Shown one piece after another: positions 1 through 8,971 of a DNA stretch of 64,000 nucleotides. The translations under genes and the position numbers were made by a program. The stretch spans positions 1,056,001 to 1,120,000 of the forward strand of contig CAXXVS010000002.1 of assembly GCA_963674755.2 (NCBI GenBank), read 5' to 3'. The stretch's first letter is position 1, and every line of letters begins with the position of its first letter. Below the pieces are notes generated by a model. The model was not told the origin of the DNA and did not search any database. It saw only the letters and a program-made list of their open reading frames with translations. This stretch comes from Desulfobacterales bacterium (lineage in GTDB: Bacteria; Desulfobacterota; Desulfobacteria; Desulfobacterales; UBA5852).

Positions 1-13
1 TAAAACCCCACTG

Positions 14-577
14 TTATTCTTTTACGCGCTCCACATACTGCCCCGTGCGCGTGTCAATGCGAATCTTCTCGCCCTCTTCCACAAATGGCGGAACCTGCAG
101 AACATAGCCGGTTTCCAATGTGGCCGGTTTGGTGTCGCCCGAAGCCGTATCGCCCTTGACCCAGGGATCGGCCTTGACGATTCTCAGTTCGACAAAGATC
201 GGCAGGGTCAGTCCGATGGACTTGCCATTGAAGAGCAGCACGCTGCAAACGGTATTTTCTTTAATCAGCTCGCGCGCATCGCCCACCTGCTCCCCTGAAA
301 GAAATTCCTGCTCGTAAGTAGAGGTGTTCATGAAACAATAGTTTTCACCATCCTGGTACAGATATTCCATCTCCACCTCTTCCAGGCTGGCCGGTTGAAA
401 TTTTTCACCGGAGCGATAGGTTTTGTCAAATTGGACTCCGGTAACCATGTTTTTCAATTTGCATTTATAAAGGGCTTGGCCCTTGCCTGGTTTGACGAAT
501 TCGAACTGCGTAATGATGTAAGGTTCGCCATCGATTTCAATTTTCAGGCCTTTCTTCAACGATCCGGCATCTATCAT
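14..577 (-). CDS. efp: Translation elongation factor P
   Basis: 187 aa; KPGKGQA loop, KPATLETG and VPPFV...IDTRTGQY motifs typical of EF-P; GGAGG RBS upstream. Confidence 0.97.
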   Translation of the reverse strand: MIDAGSLKKGLKIEIDGEPYIITQFEFVKPGKGQALYKCKLKNMVTGVQFDKTYRSGEKFQPASLEEVEMEYLYQDGENYCFMNTSTYEQEFLSGEQVGDARELIKENTVCSVLLFNGKSIGLTLPIFVELRIVKADPWVKGDTASGDTKPATLETGYVLQVPPFVEEGEKIRIDTRTGQYVERVKE

Positions 578-625
578 CGTGGTTCCTCCAGTTAGTCTAA
601 GCCCCAGGCGGACTGTGTTACAGGG

Positions 626-1432
626 TTAATGCCCTCCCGCCGGTTTTATCGGGAAAGGTCTATCTTGATCTTGGGCCGATGCCAAGCTAAGGGCGGCCCG
701 TCGTGCTTCGTCGACAAAACGCCGCACACGTTCCATATCTTTTTTAAACCTTACGGGGTCTCCATGTCGGTCCAGCATATTGGTGCGTGTACAGCTGTCC
801 ACCCCGGCCGGCACGACATTCAAAATTGCGTCATAAACGTTTTCCGGCGACAGGCCGCCGGCCAGAATCACCGGTATGTCTGATCTTCTCACAAGCTCCC
901 GGGCGGTTTGCCAGTGGCAGGTTTTCCCCGTGATACCCACAAAACCGTCGACCGGTTGGTCGGTCATGCCCGAATTGGAAGACAGCACCGTATCGGTAAG
1001 CAGCAGGTCGCTGACCGGTTGAAACATCTGGGACAGCGCCAAGGTCGGGACAGAGGTGTCACCCGGTTGTCGCCCGATGGGGATGGATCGCATGATCGCA
1101 ATCCCGGGGAAACGCGACCGCACCTCCCGCTGCAGGTCGATGAGACGCCGGCAAGCTTCCCGGCCCCATGACGTTAGCATCAGTACATCGCAAAAATGCA
1201 CGATATCGGGACGGAAATAATCCAAGGCCTGGAAAACGGTGGTAGGATCGTTGAACAGTGGAATCAGGGAACTCTTTTTCCCGCAGCTCTGAACAGCGCG
1301 CACCGTGTCGCGGATGACCGGCTGCTGCCAAGCATCGGCGGACAGCAGAACGCTTCCGATATGATCAACCCCGATGGCACATAGCAGATCGACCTCTTCG
1401 GGGGTCTGAATTTCGTATACCTGGGTGATCAA
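626..1432 (-). CDS. Phosphoribosylanthranilate isomerase (TrpF)-like TIM-barrel protein
   Basis: GITGKT.HW, PVILAGGLSPENV and GVDS motifs of the TrpF family; longer than typical TrpF (268 aa) and not in a trp operon, so function is uncertain. Confidence 0.7.
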   Translation of the reverse strand: MITQVYEIQTPEEVDLLCAIGVDHIGSVLLSADAWQQPVIRDTVRAVQSCGKKSSLIPLFNDPTTVFQALDYFRPDIVHFCDVLMLTSWGREACRRLIDLQREVRSRFPGIAIMRSIPIGRQPGDTSVPTLALSQMFQPVSDLLLTDTVLSSNSGMTDQPVDGFVGITGKTCHWQTARELVRRSDIPVILAGGLSPENVYDAILNVVPAGVDSCTRTNMLDRHGDPVRFKKDMERVRRFVDEARRAALSLASAQDQDRPFPIKPAGGH

Positions 1433-1775
1433 AAGGGGTTATTTCCCGTCATCAGCGTCGTACCAACACTTCCGTCCGGTGAGCATTTCAACCGTTTTTC
1501 CCTGCCATGGCCGGTCATAATCGGTGCTACAATTCGGTTGACTTTTGGAGCGGTCTCTAACATATTCAGCTTGAATTCGCAATCGGATCGATCCATTAGC
1601 AATCCCTGCCCGGCGTTTTGATCGGCACACCCCCAAGGCGTTTACAAACCGCCGCGATCACCCGCCGCCGGACGGACGAAAATACAAAAAACAGGAGCAT
1701 TGTCAGCATCAAGAAGGTTTTACCCTTATCCAGCGCGCCAGCGGCCGTAATCCGGCGCTAAGCCGCCATCCATGC

Positions 1776-1802
1776 AGGCGCCTCCTGGAAGCGCCTTTTT
1801 TT
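1776..1802 (+). terminator. Intrinsic-terminator-like hairpin in the guaA leader
   Basis: AGGCGC-N9-GCGCCT running into a 7-T tract that ends 10 nt before the guaA ATG. Confidence 0.6.
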
Positions 1803-1812
1803 AGAGGTTCGT

Positions 1813-3342
1813 ATGATCCTAATCATAGATTTCGGTTCCCAGTTCAACCAACTCATTGCCCGCCGGGTGCGCGAATGCCATGTCTACTGCCAGATTGAGC
1901 CGCCTGCGATCAGCTGCGCGCAAGTCAAACAACTCGCGCCCGAAGGCATCATCCTCTCCGGAGGCCCTTCCAGTATTTACGAGCCCCGCAGCCCCAAGAT
2001 CGACCCTGCCATTCTCGACCTCGGCATCCCTGTTCTGGGGATTTGTTATGGCTTGCAATACATGGTGCATACGCTGGGCGGCCACGTGGCCCGTTCCGAC
2101 AAGCGAGAGTATGGGTTTGCTGAATTCCAGATAAAGAAGGATGACGGCCTTTTCAAAGGCCTTACCGACCGCAGCACCTGTTGGATGAGCCATGGGGATT
2201 CCATTACCAAACTGCCCCCGGGGTTCAAGATTACCGGTTCGACGGAAAACACGCCTATTGCGGCGGCCAGTAATCCCCGGCGCAGGCTCTACGGCCTTCA
2301 ATTTCACCCGGAAGTGGAACATACCCCCCGTGGCAAAAAAATCATCCATAACTTTTTGTACGGCGTGTGCCATTGCCGCCGATCTTGGACCATGCAATCG
2401 TTTGCCACGCAGACCGTTGCGGACATCCGCAATCGCGTGGGCGACAAGAAGGTTATCCTGGGCCTCAGCGGCGGCGTCGACTCATCGGTAGCCGCCCTGC
2501 TCATTCATCGGGCGGTCGGCCGCAACCTGACCTGCATTTTTGTCGACAACGGCCTTCTCCGCAAGGATGAAGCCCAAAAACTGAAAAGCGTTTTCAAACA
2601 GAACCTGAAGATCAACATCCGTTCCGTCAAGGCGTCCCGTCTGTTCCTCAACGCCCTCAAAGACGTCCAGGACCCCGAGCGCAAGCGCAAGATCATCGGG
2701 AAATTGTTTATGGACGTCTTTGAAGCCGAAGCCCGGAAAATCAAAGAAGCGGACTTCCTGGCCCAGGGAACCCTCTACCCGGACATCATCGAATCCCGGA
2801 GTGCCTTCGGCGGCCCGACCTCCGTCATCAAGTCCCATCACAACGTGGGGGGGCTGCCCAAAAAAATGAAGCTCAAGCTGGTCGAACCCCTCAAGTATCT
2901 CTTTAAAGACGAGGTCCGCAAGCTTGGTCAAACACTTGGACTCCCCGAAGACATGACCTGGCGGCAACCATTTCCCGGCCCCGGTTTGGCGATACGAATC
3001 ATCGGCAACGTCACAGCGAAACGCCTTAAAATTTTACGTGAAGCCGACGATCTCCTCATGCAGGAGATTAAAGCGGCCGGCTATTATAAGAAACTATGGC
3101 AGTCCTTTGCCGTATTGCTGCCGTTGAAAAGTGTCGGTGTCATGGGGGACATGCGAACTTATGAAAATATTGTCGCCGTCCGGGCGGTCACCAGCAAGGA
3201 CGCCATGACAGCCGATTGGGCGCGTTTGCCGCATAGATTGCTCAACCGCATTTCCAATCGGATTATCAACGAAGTCGACGGCGTCAATCGCGTCGTCTAC
3301 GATATCAGTTCCAAGCCGCCTGGAACCATTGAGTGGGAATAA
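1813..3342 (+). CDS. guaA: GMP synthase (glutamine-hydrolysing)
   Basis: DFGSQF, GICYG, FHPEV, SGGVDS, IKSHHNVGGLP and C-terminal SKPPGTIEWE motifs. Confidence 0.98.
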   Translation: MILIIDFGSQFNQLIARRVRECHVYCQIEPPAISCAQVKQLAPEGIILSGGPSSIYEPRSPKIDPAILDLGIPVLGICYGLQYMVHTLGGHVARSDKREYGFAEFQIKKDDGLFKGLTDRSTCWMSHGDSITKLPPGFKITGSTENTPIAAASNPRRRLYGLQFHPEVEHTPRGKKIIHNFLYGVCHCRRSWTMQSFATQTVADIRNRVGDKKVILGLSGGVDSSVAALLIHRAVGRNLTCIFVDNGLLRKDEAQKLKSVFKQNLKINIRSVKASRLFLNALKDVQDPERKRKIIGKLFMDVFEAEARKIKEADFLAQGTLYPDIIESRSAFGGPTSVIKSHHNVGGLPKKMKLKLVEPLKYLFKDEVRKLGQTLGLPEDMTWRQPFPGPGLAIRIIGNVTAKRLKILREADDLLMQEIKAAGYYKKLWQSFAVLLPLKSVGVMGDMRTYENIVAVRAVTSKDAMTADWARLPHRLLNRISNRIINEVDGVNRVVYDISSKPPGTIEWE

Positions 3343-3348
3343 CCTAAA

Positions 3349-4200
3349 ATGAGCGTCAACGATTCCGACAGCTTCCGGCTGGGAACCCTGGATGATACCG
3401 GCGAGGTCGCGCCTGCGGTTGATGATACCGAACGTTTCGAATTGCAGATAAAAAAAGTCAAACGCCGAATGCGGTGGTTCATGTTCTGGCTGATTTTGCT
3501 GGTGGCCATCCTCTTCGCCGCGGGATATTGGGATCTTAAAAATCGTTTTGCGATGCAAACCAACAGCGGTATTCGGGAGATTGCGAATATCTCCACGGTC
3601 TTTGAAGACCGCTTCAACGAATTGCAGAAACGGATCGATGATGTGGGCAATTCCCTATCCCAGGAAATGACCTCCTTGGATCAGAAGACGGTGGTTTCGC
3701 AAAAAGATCTGGCCGCCTTGCGGCAAAAGATCGAGAAACTCGATGTCTCCGGTGTGGTGGAAAAAAAACAAAAAGCCATTCTCCAGGAAGTTCGCAAAGA
3801 GGTTGCCCCTCTTGATCAGCGCATCAAGTCCTTGCAGTCTGAATTGGCCGCGCTTGACAAGAAAATGCAGTCCCAGGTCAAACCGCTGTCAGACTCTCTG
3901 GCCAGCAACACCCAGAGAATCGAAGCCTTGAAAAACCGGATAGGACCTCTGAGCGGCGAAATTGTCAACCGGGACATGCTCGATCTGGAGCTTTTGAAGC
4001 TCCGCAAAGCCTACCGCCAAAGTATGGCAGACGAAGTTTCAGGGATGAACAAGCAGATCCATCTCCTCACCGAGAAAGTGGAACGGTTGCAACGCAGACT
4101 GGCGTCCGCGAATGCACCGGCCACCAACGCGGGGCCTTCCGGCAACGCGCAACCGTCCACCGGAAACACCACCGGGATTCAAGAACAGCCGCTGCCCTGA
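3349..4200 (+). CDS. Hypothetical bitopic membrane protein with long coiled coil
   Basis: 283 aa; basic cluster, one hydrophobic helix (WFMFWLILLVAILFAAGYW), then heptad-rich region; starts 6 nt after the guaA stop. Confidence 0.75.
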   Translation: MSVNDSDSFRLGTLDDTGEVAPAVDDTERFELQIKKVKRRMRWFMFWLILLVAILFAAGYWDLKNRFAMQTNSGIREIANISTVFEDRFNELQKRIDDVGNSLSQEMTSLDQKTVVSQKDLAALRQKIEKLDVSGVVEKKQKAILQEVRKEVAPLDQRIKSLQSELAALDKKMQSQVKPLSDSLASNTQRIEALKNRIGPLSGEIVNRDMLDLELLKLRKAYRQSMADEVSGMNKQIHLLTEKVERLQRRLASANAPATNAGPSGNAQPSTGNTTGIQEQPLP

Positions 4201-4245
4201 AGTTGTCGTTACGCGACCGTTATTGACATGAATGGGGCATCCCCA

Positions 4246-4995
4246 ATGGATCGAAAGCATCTCACACAACTCTTGCACAATGTCGCGGACGGCGTCCTCA
4301 CGATCGACGAGGCCACCCGACGCTTGTCGCACCTCGACTACGAAGATATCGCCTTCGCTCACATCGATCACCATCGTTCCCTCCGGAAAGGCTTCCCGGA
4401 AGTCATTTATGGCGAGGGCAAATCCGTTGACCAGATCATCGCCATCATGGAGCGCATGGCGGAGCAGGAGTCCGCGATTCTGGTAACGCGGTTAACGGCC
4501 GTACGCGCGGAACGCGTGATGGCGTCCGTTCCCGGCTGCCAATATGCTGAGGATGCCCGTATGATTGTGTGGGGGAGCCCTCCGGATGGGATTCAGGTCA
4601 GGGGGACGGTCCTGGTGATATCGGCCGGAACATCGGACATTCCGGTGGCGCGCGAAGCCCTGCTAACGGCTGAGATCATGGGCAATCCGGTGCGGTCCCT
4701 CTTCGATGTGGGGGTCGCCGGGCTGCACCGCCTGCTGGCGCATCGCGACCTGATCGAATCAGCCGCCGTGCTGGTCGTCGCTGCGGGCATGGAGGGTGCC
4801 CTACCCAGCGTGATCGCGGGAATGGTGGCACGGCCGGTCATCGCCGTCCCCACCAGCGTTGGCTACGGAACCAGCTTAGGCGGTGTTGCCGCTCTGCTTT
4901 CCATGCTGAACAGCTGCAGCTCCAATGTCGCAGTTGTCAATATCGACAATGGGTTCGGGGCCGGGTTTATGGCTTCCATGATCAACCGCCTATAG
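4246..4995 (+). CDS. larB: Nickel-pincer cofactor biosynthesis protein LarB (AIR carboxylase/PurE-like)
   Basis: DHHR..RKGFPEVIYGEGK, AGTSDIPVA.EA, DVGVAGLHRL, AGMEGALPSV and VVNIDNGFGA motifs; alternative start 4228. Confidence 0.9.
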   Translation: MDRKHLTQLLHNVADGVLTIDEATRRLSHLDYEDIAFAHIDHHRSLRKGFPEVIYGEGKSVDQIIAIMERMAEQESAILVTRLTAVRAERVMASVPGCQYAEDARMIVWGSPPDGIQVRGTVLVISAGTSDIPVAREALLTAEIMGNPVRSLFDVGVAGLHRLLAHRDLIESAAVLVVAAGMEGALPSVIAGMVARPVIAVPTSVGYGTSLGGVAALLSMLNSCSSNVAVVNIDNGFGAGFMASMINRL

Positions 4996-5032
4996 AAGGC
5001 TTGCCGGCCCTCTCACGATTCTTGCGCACGCC

Positions 5033-5239
5033 TTATCGTTCTGCCATTCGTCGATGATCGAAATAGCGGACAACCGCTGCTGTATAAGCGCGCCGCAACG
5101 CTGCCGCCTCCCGCCGCCTTAATGGATCTTCACCAATCGCGTTCATTCGTGCAATGATGTCGGCGATCCTGGCGCAGGCATGACGATAAGCCGGCTTGCC
5201 AATTGCCGCTGGGTACTCTTTGCCGTTGAAGTTTCTCAT
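5033..5239 (-). CDS. Small hypothetical protein (68 aa) translationally coupled to the CheX-CheX-FliN gene
   Basis: ATG at 5239-5237 overlaps the upstream TGA (ATGA); no recognised family. Confidence 0.4.
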   Translation of the reverse strand: MRNFNGKEYPAAIGKPAYRHACARIADIIARMNAIGEDPLRRREAAALRRAYTAAVVRYFDHRRMAER

Positions 5240-6897
5240 GCGACCAGACGCCCTGCTCTCTCCGCCGTGCATAGGATCTCTTTGATACGGATCCCATATT
5301 TGTCGTTTTCCACAAGGACTTCGCCTTTGGCGATCAGGCGGTTGTTGGCCCGAATATCCAGGGTTTCACCTTCCAGGTTGGAAAGCACGATAGCAGAGCC
5401 TTTTCCAAGTCCCAGAATATCCTTGATGTTCATTTTGGTTCGGCCCAGTTCGACGACGATATGGACGGGAATATCCTGAATAAAGGAAACATTTCCCCGC
5501 ATATCCGAATCGGTTGCTTCTGGTTTATCGCCGGTTGCCGATGCCGTGGCGGACGGCAAAGTCGATGCATGATCGGCCGCTTTTTCGCCCTCATTGTCGG
5601 ATGCCAGGGTGGTTGACGTCGCGGGATTTCTCTCGACCTGCCTGTCATGGGATCCCTTGTCGTTATTGGCGGACGCCAATAGAGCCTGAATCGCATCGTC
5701 ATCCAGGGTCTGATTGCTGTGGTCTTCCTCGGCCGAGGATTCGGAATGGGTTGCTGCCGCCGGGTCGGCTTCGTTCTGTCCTTCCTGATTGGCAGCCGCA
5801 ATCATTTTCTGGATAGCATCATCATCCAGCGGCGGCTGCGTTTCGCCCTCCATGTTTTGTGCAGCCGACGATTGCACGGGTTCCGGCTCATCGATCTTGA
5901 CACATACTTCTACCAGAATATCGTGATCGTTCAGTTTAAAAGAAAACCGTTCATAACGGTCCATATTCAGGATTTCGATGTCGAAGTCCAACCCCACGGT
6001 CAGCGAGGGCGTGGAAATCTGACAATCGAGGCCGGTATCGCAGAAAGCCGCCTTCAGATTGCCCCCGAGGATATTGGTCATTTCCCCGATAACGTCTTTG
6101 ACGGTCTCAATATCCTGGACTTCGTCAAGTTCCTGTCCCAGCATGCCGGCCGTAATCATGCGCGCAAATATTTTGGATACCTGAAACTGGATGCTACCGT
6201 GGACCCCCCCGGCAAAATCCACGGCCCCCATAACCCGAAAATCTTCCGATCCTTCAAAGGGCTCCCGATCGGAAAGATCTACTTCAAGCGACAACATGGT
6301 ATCGAAAAGTTCGATGATAGAGTCACCCACCGATGAAATGATATCGAGTCGCTGGAACTTGGAGATGTCGATCTTTTTTAGTTTCAGAATCGAGTGCAGA
6401 TCCGATTCGTCTTCCGGCACGAATTTCAGGGCGATTTCAACGCAGATGGATTCATCGCCGTAGGTGAAGGCAAATTTATCGTAGCGCTCCATGTGAAGGG
6501 TCTGGATCTGAAAATGATTGCCGGTCGTGATGGATGGCGTTGAGATCTGGCAGGCTAATCCGGCATCACAGAAATTGGATTTGAGGCCGCCGGCAACGAT
6601 ATTACACACTTCACGCAGGACGTCTTTGACCTCTTCGTCGCTTTCGATCTCCTCGATCTCCATACCCAGCATGCCGGCGGCCATTTCCCGTGCCATGTTC
6701 CGGGATACGCGGATATTGACACTGCCATTGACTTTGCCAGCCAGGCTGACGAATCCCACCAGGACGATTTCATTCTCGTCGCGTTCTTCAGATGCCTCTT
6801 CGACCGGTGTGATCTCCATGGACAGCATCGTGTCGAACAGTTCAACTACGGCTCCCCTGACGGACTGGATGATGTCGTTATTTTTTTCGTCTGTCAT
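5236..6897 (-). CDS. CheX-CheX-FliN fusion (FliY-like switch/phosphatase protein)
   Basis: Two tandem CheX-like domains with ExxN motifs (REVCN, GEMTN), an acidic linker, and a C-terminal FliN/SPOA domain (DIPVHIVVELGRT...IAKGEVLVENDKYGIRI). Confidence 0.88.
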   Translation of the reverse strand: MTDEKNNDIIQSVRGAVVELFDTMLSMEITPVEEASEERDENEIVLVGFVSLAGKVNGSVNIRVSRNMAREMAAGMLGMEIEEIESDEEVKDVLREVCNIVAGGLKSNFCDAGLACQISTPSITTGNHFQIQTLHMERYDKFAFTYGDESICVEIALKFVPEDESDLHSILKLKKIDISKFQRLDIISSVGDSIIELFDTMLSLEVDLSDREPFEGSEDFRVMGAVDFAGGVHGSIQFQVSKIFARMITAGMLGQELDEVQDIETVKDVIGEMTNILGGNLKAAFCDTGLDCQISTPSLTVGLDFDIEILNMDRYERFSFKLNDHDILVEVCVKIDEPEPVQSSAAQNMEGETQPPLDDDAIQKMIAAANQEGQNEADPAAATHSESSAEEDHSNQTLDDDAIQALLASANNDKGSHDRQVERNPATSTTLASDNEGEKAADHASTLPSATASATGDKPEATDSDMRGNVSFIQDIPVHIVVELGRTKMNIKDILGLGKGSAIVLSNLEGETLDIRANNRLIAKGEVLVENDKYGIRIKEILCTAERAGRLVA

Positions 6898-6990
6898 AAA
6901 TGCAACGCTTTCCGATCCGGAATTGGTGTGGTCGCCATTTCTCCATAATCATCGCGGGTGCGCTTCAAGATTGGCGCTGTCAGGAAAATA

Positions 6991-7006
6991 AGCAAGATAG
7001 GTGCCA
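6991..7006 (-). promoter_or_regulatory. Sigma54 (-24/-12) promoter for the CheX-CheX-FliN gene
   Basis: Minus strand TGGCACCTATCTTGCT, a near-perfect match to TGGCAC-N5-TTGC. Confidence 0.85.
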
Positions 7007-7283
7007 GCAATTTGGGAATTTGGTCTGAGAAAAGCGACCGCACGTGCTTTATCTGTTTTTTGATCGCGCCTTTTGCCGCTATGATTGCTATCGGAAACCG
7101 CGGTGCTTAGCGCCATTCTTACATTTGAACAGGCCTCTATTGCGGCATCACTTGAGGCGGCCGTTGCGACTGCCTCAAAGGACCATGAGCATCGCAGGCC
7201 GCCGTTTTTTTGACAGCTGTCACAAATGGCAACAGCGCTGAAGCATCCCTTTTGTCATATTCGAAATTTCCGGCAGATGGACA

Positions 7284-7481
7284 TCAAGGGCGGGGGGAAA
7301 AATGAAGGCAGCTTATTCCCGGTGTAGCGCGCATCACTTCCAGGGAGGGCGTGCGCCGGCTTTTGAACGCCATGGCATGGCACCCGTAAGGATGACGGGG
7401 CTCCCAGGTGAGATAATAGTGACGGCAATCACGACACATCGGCGGGCGCGATCGTGTTTGTTTGGTCTTGGACGTCAGCAT
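7284..7481 (-). CDS. Small Cys-rich, probably metal-binding protein
   Basis: CxxC-xx-YYLTW...PYGC..MAFKS...P...V.....C..F pattern with four Cys; resembles a widespread ~60-aa family I recall being loosely annotated as 'uracil-DNA glycosylase'. Confidence 0.7.
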   Translation of the reverse strand: MLTSKTKQTRSRPPMCRDCRHYYLTWEPRHPYGCHAMAFKSRRTPSLEVMRATPGISCLHFSPRP

Positions 7482-7542
7482 CGGGCAAACTTGGTCGACG
7501 GAAGGAGATTGCCATGATCTTCGGGAAATAAGGTCGATGCGT

Positions 7543-8010
7543 TCAGCGTTGAGTCTCGATTTCGATTCCCATTTGCTTCAGCATGTCCCACGCCCGGTCA
7601 TACGCCTCGCCACGTTGTCCGGACGACGCCACGACAATGGCATGGATCACGTCATCACTCACGCCGGATTGTTTCAGTTCGACAAGGTCCTGGACGGAAG
7701 ATAACCGCAGTGGCTTTAGCGACCGCCCGTAGACGATCGGTCGGGACTGCTTCATAAAGGATCGTTCCGTAACCAGGATTTCCATGGTTTCATCTGTCAT
7801 ACCGGCTTCTTTTAGCTGAATGAGTTCTTCAACGGTGAAGGCCGCCGTTTCGATTACCTTCTCCCGCACCACCGCCTGAATAACCCGATCACCCAATCCG
7901 GCTTGTTTTAAGGCCACCAGATCCCTGGACGACATTCCTGCCGCTTCGCCAGGCCCGTAGACGGCCATCAGAAAGCAAACCAAAACGGCTTTAACCATGC
8001 GAGACATCAT
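7543..8010 (-). CDS. Secreted/periplasmic hypothetical protein with three short helical repeats
   Basis: Signal-peptide-like N-terminus; repeats DLVALKQAGLGDRVI / ELIQLKEAGMTDETM / DLVELKQSGVSDDVI; ATG overlaps the flgL stop (TGATG). Confidence 0.75.
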   Translation of the reverse strand: MMSRMVKAVLVCFLMAVYGPGEAAGMSSRDLVALKQAGLGDRVIQAVVREKVIETAAFTVEELIQLKEAGMTDETMEILVTERSFMKQSRPIVYGRSLKPLRLSSVQDLVELKQSGVSDDVIHAIVVASSGQRGEAYDRAWDMLKQMGIEIETQR

Positions 8011-8879
8011 CAACTCAGAAAATTCATCAGGGTTGGCTGAATGATCTTGGCGGCAGCGTTCAAGGACATTTCATAAGCCAATTCCTGGTTGTTGAAATCA
8101 ATGATGGTTTCTTCGGGAACGGCCTTTTCCGTCCTATCCATCATTTCCTCGAAGGTGAGTTTCAATTTGGCCGTCTGTCGCTCTACCAGCTCAAGTTGCT
8201 CATATTTGGCCCCGCTTTCGGCACGAACCATCTCAACCTGATCCTTGGCTTGATCGAAGCGGTCGACCTGGTCCCGAATCAGGGTCACATCGTCTGTTTG
8301 CAGCCCGACCAGCAACTGATCCAGGGCATCGAAGACATCTTCCGCGCCTTGGAACACCCGGCTGCCGTCCGCTTCGACCTGCATCTCCATGTTGTCCGCC
8401 GTCATGACGCTGTAATAGCCGTTGTCGCCATTATAAGTACCGGTAGCATCAAAAGCCGGCGTCAGGCTTTGAAACCCTGAAAAGACATAGACATTGCCCA
8501 TCTTGGAGTTGCCCAACTGCACCAGCTGGTCGCGGATATTCTGCACACTGGTGATGGCGGCCTCACGATCCATAGATTCTGAACCGGCCTGGTCTACGGC
8601 CCAGTTTTTGGCATCCACGATCAATTCTTCCACGCCCTCCAGAGCAGTTTCAAGAAACTCGACGCGGTTTTTGGCACTCTGAATGTTGCGGTCGTACTGG
8701 TCGAGAGAAGAGAGGGTCTTGCGGTAGTCCAAAACCTTGCCAAATCCCAGAGGGTCGTCGGAAGGCCGGTTGATCCGTTTGCCGGATGACATGGTTTCCT
8801 GTTTGCGGGCCAGTTGCTCGGACTGGCGGAACAGATTACGTTTAACCGTGGCGGTCATCATACTGTTGGTAATGCGCAT
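8010..8879 (-). CDS. flgL: Flagellar hook-associated protein 3
   Basis: MRITNSMM start with AGGAG RBS; SSGKRINRPSDDP; C-terminal QPTLMNFL; follows flgK. Confidence 0.95.
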   Translation of the reverse strand: MRITNSMMTATVKRNLFRQSEQLARKQETMSSGKRINRPSDDPLGFGKVLDYRKTLSSLDQYDRNIQSAKNRVEFLETALEGVEELIVDAKNWAVDQAGSESMDREAAITSVQNIRDQLVQLGNSKMGNVYVFSGFQSLTPAFDATGTYNGDNGYYSVMTADNMEMQVEADGSRVFQGAEDVFDALDQLLVGLQTDDVTLIRDQVDRFDQAKDQVEMVRAESGAKYEQLELVERQTAKLKLTFEEMMDRTEKAVPEETIIDFNNQELAYEMSLNAAAKIIQPTLMNFLS

Positions 8880-8971
8880 GGCGTTCTCCTTGAAGGCTTG
8901 GGACCAGGCTCCAGGGCTGAGATTCATCCGCCTCTGGCGGATCGAACGAAAAAACGTGTTTGCGATATGGT

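Noticed and set aside
4246..4995. larB as evidence of a lactate racemase operon
   Set aside because: No larA/larC/larE in the window; scattered lar cofactor genes are common.
7201..7222. TTTTTTGACAGCTGTCA as the enhancer of the FliY-like gene promoter
   Set aside because: Only a half match to GTCAA-N4-TTGAC with a different palindrome geometry; too weak to include in the motif set.
7284..7481. Calling the small Cys-rich protein a uracil-DNA glycosylase
   Set aside because: 65 aa is far too short for a UDG fold and no UDG catalytic motifs are visible.
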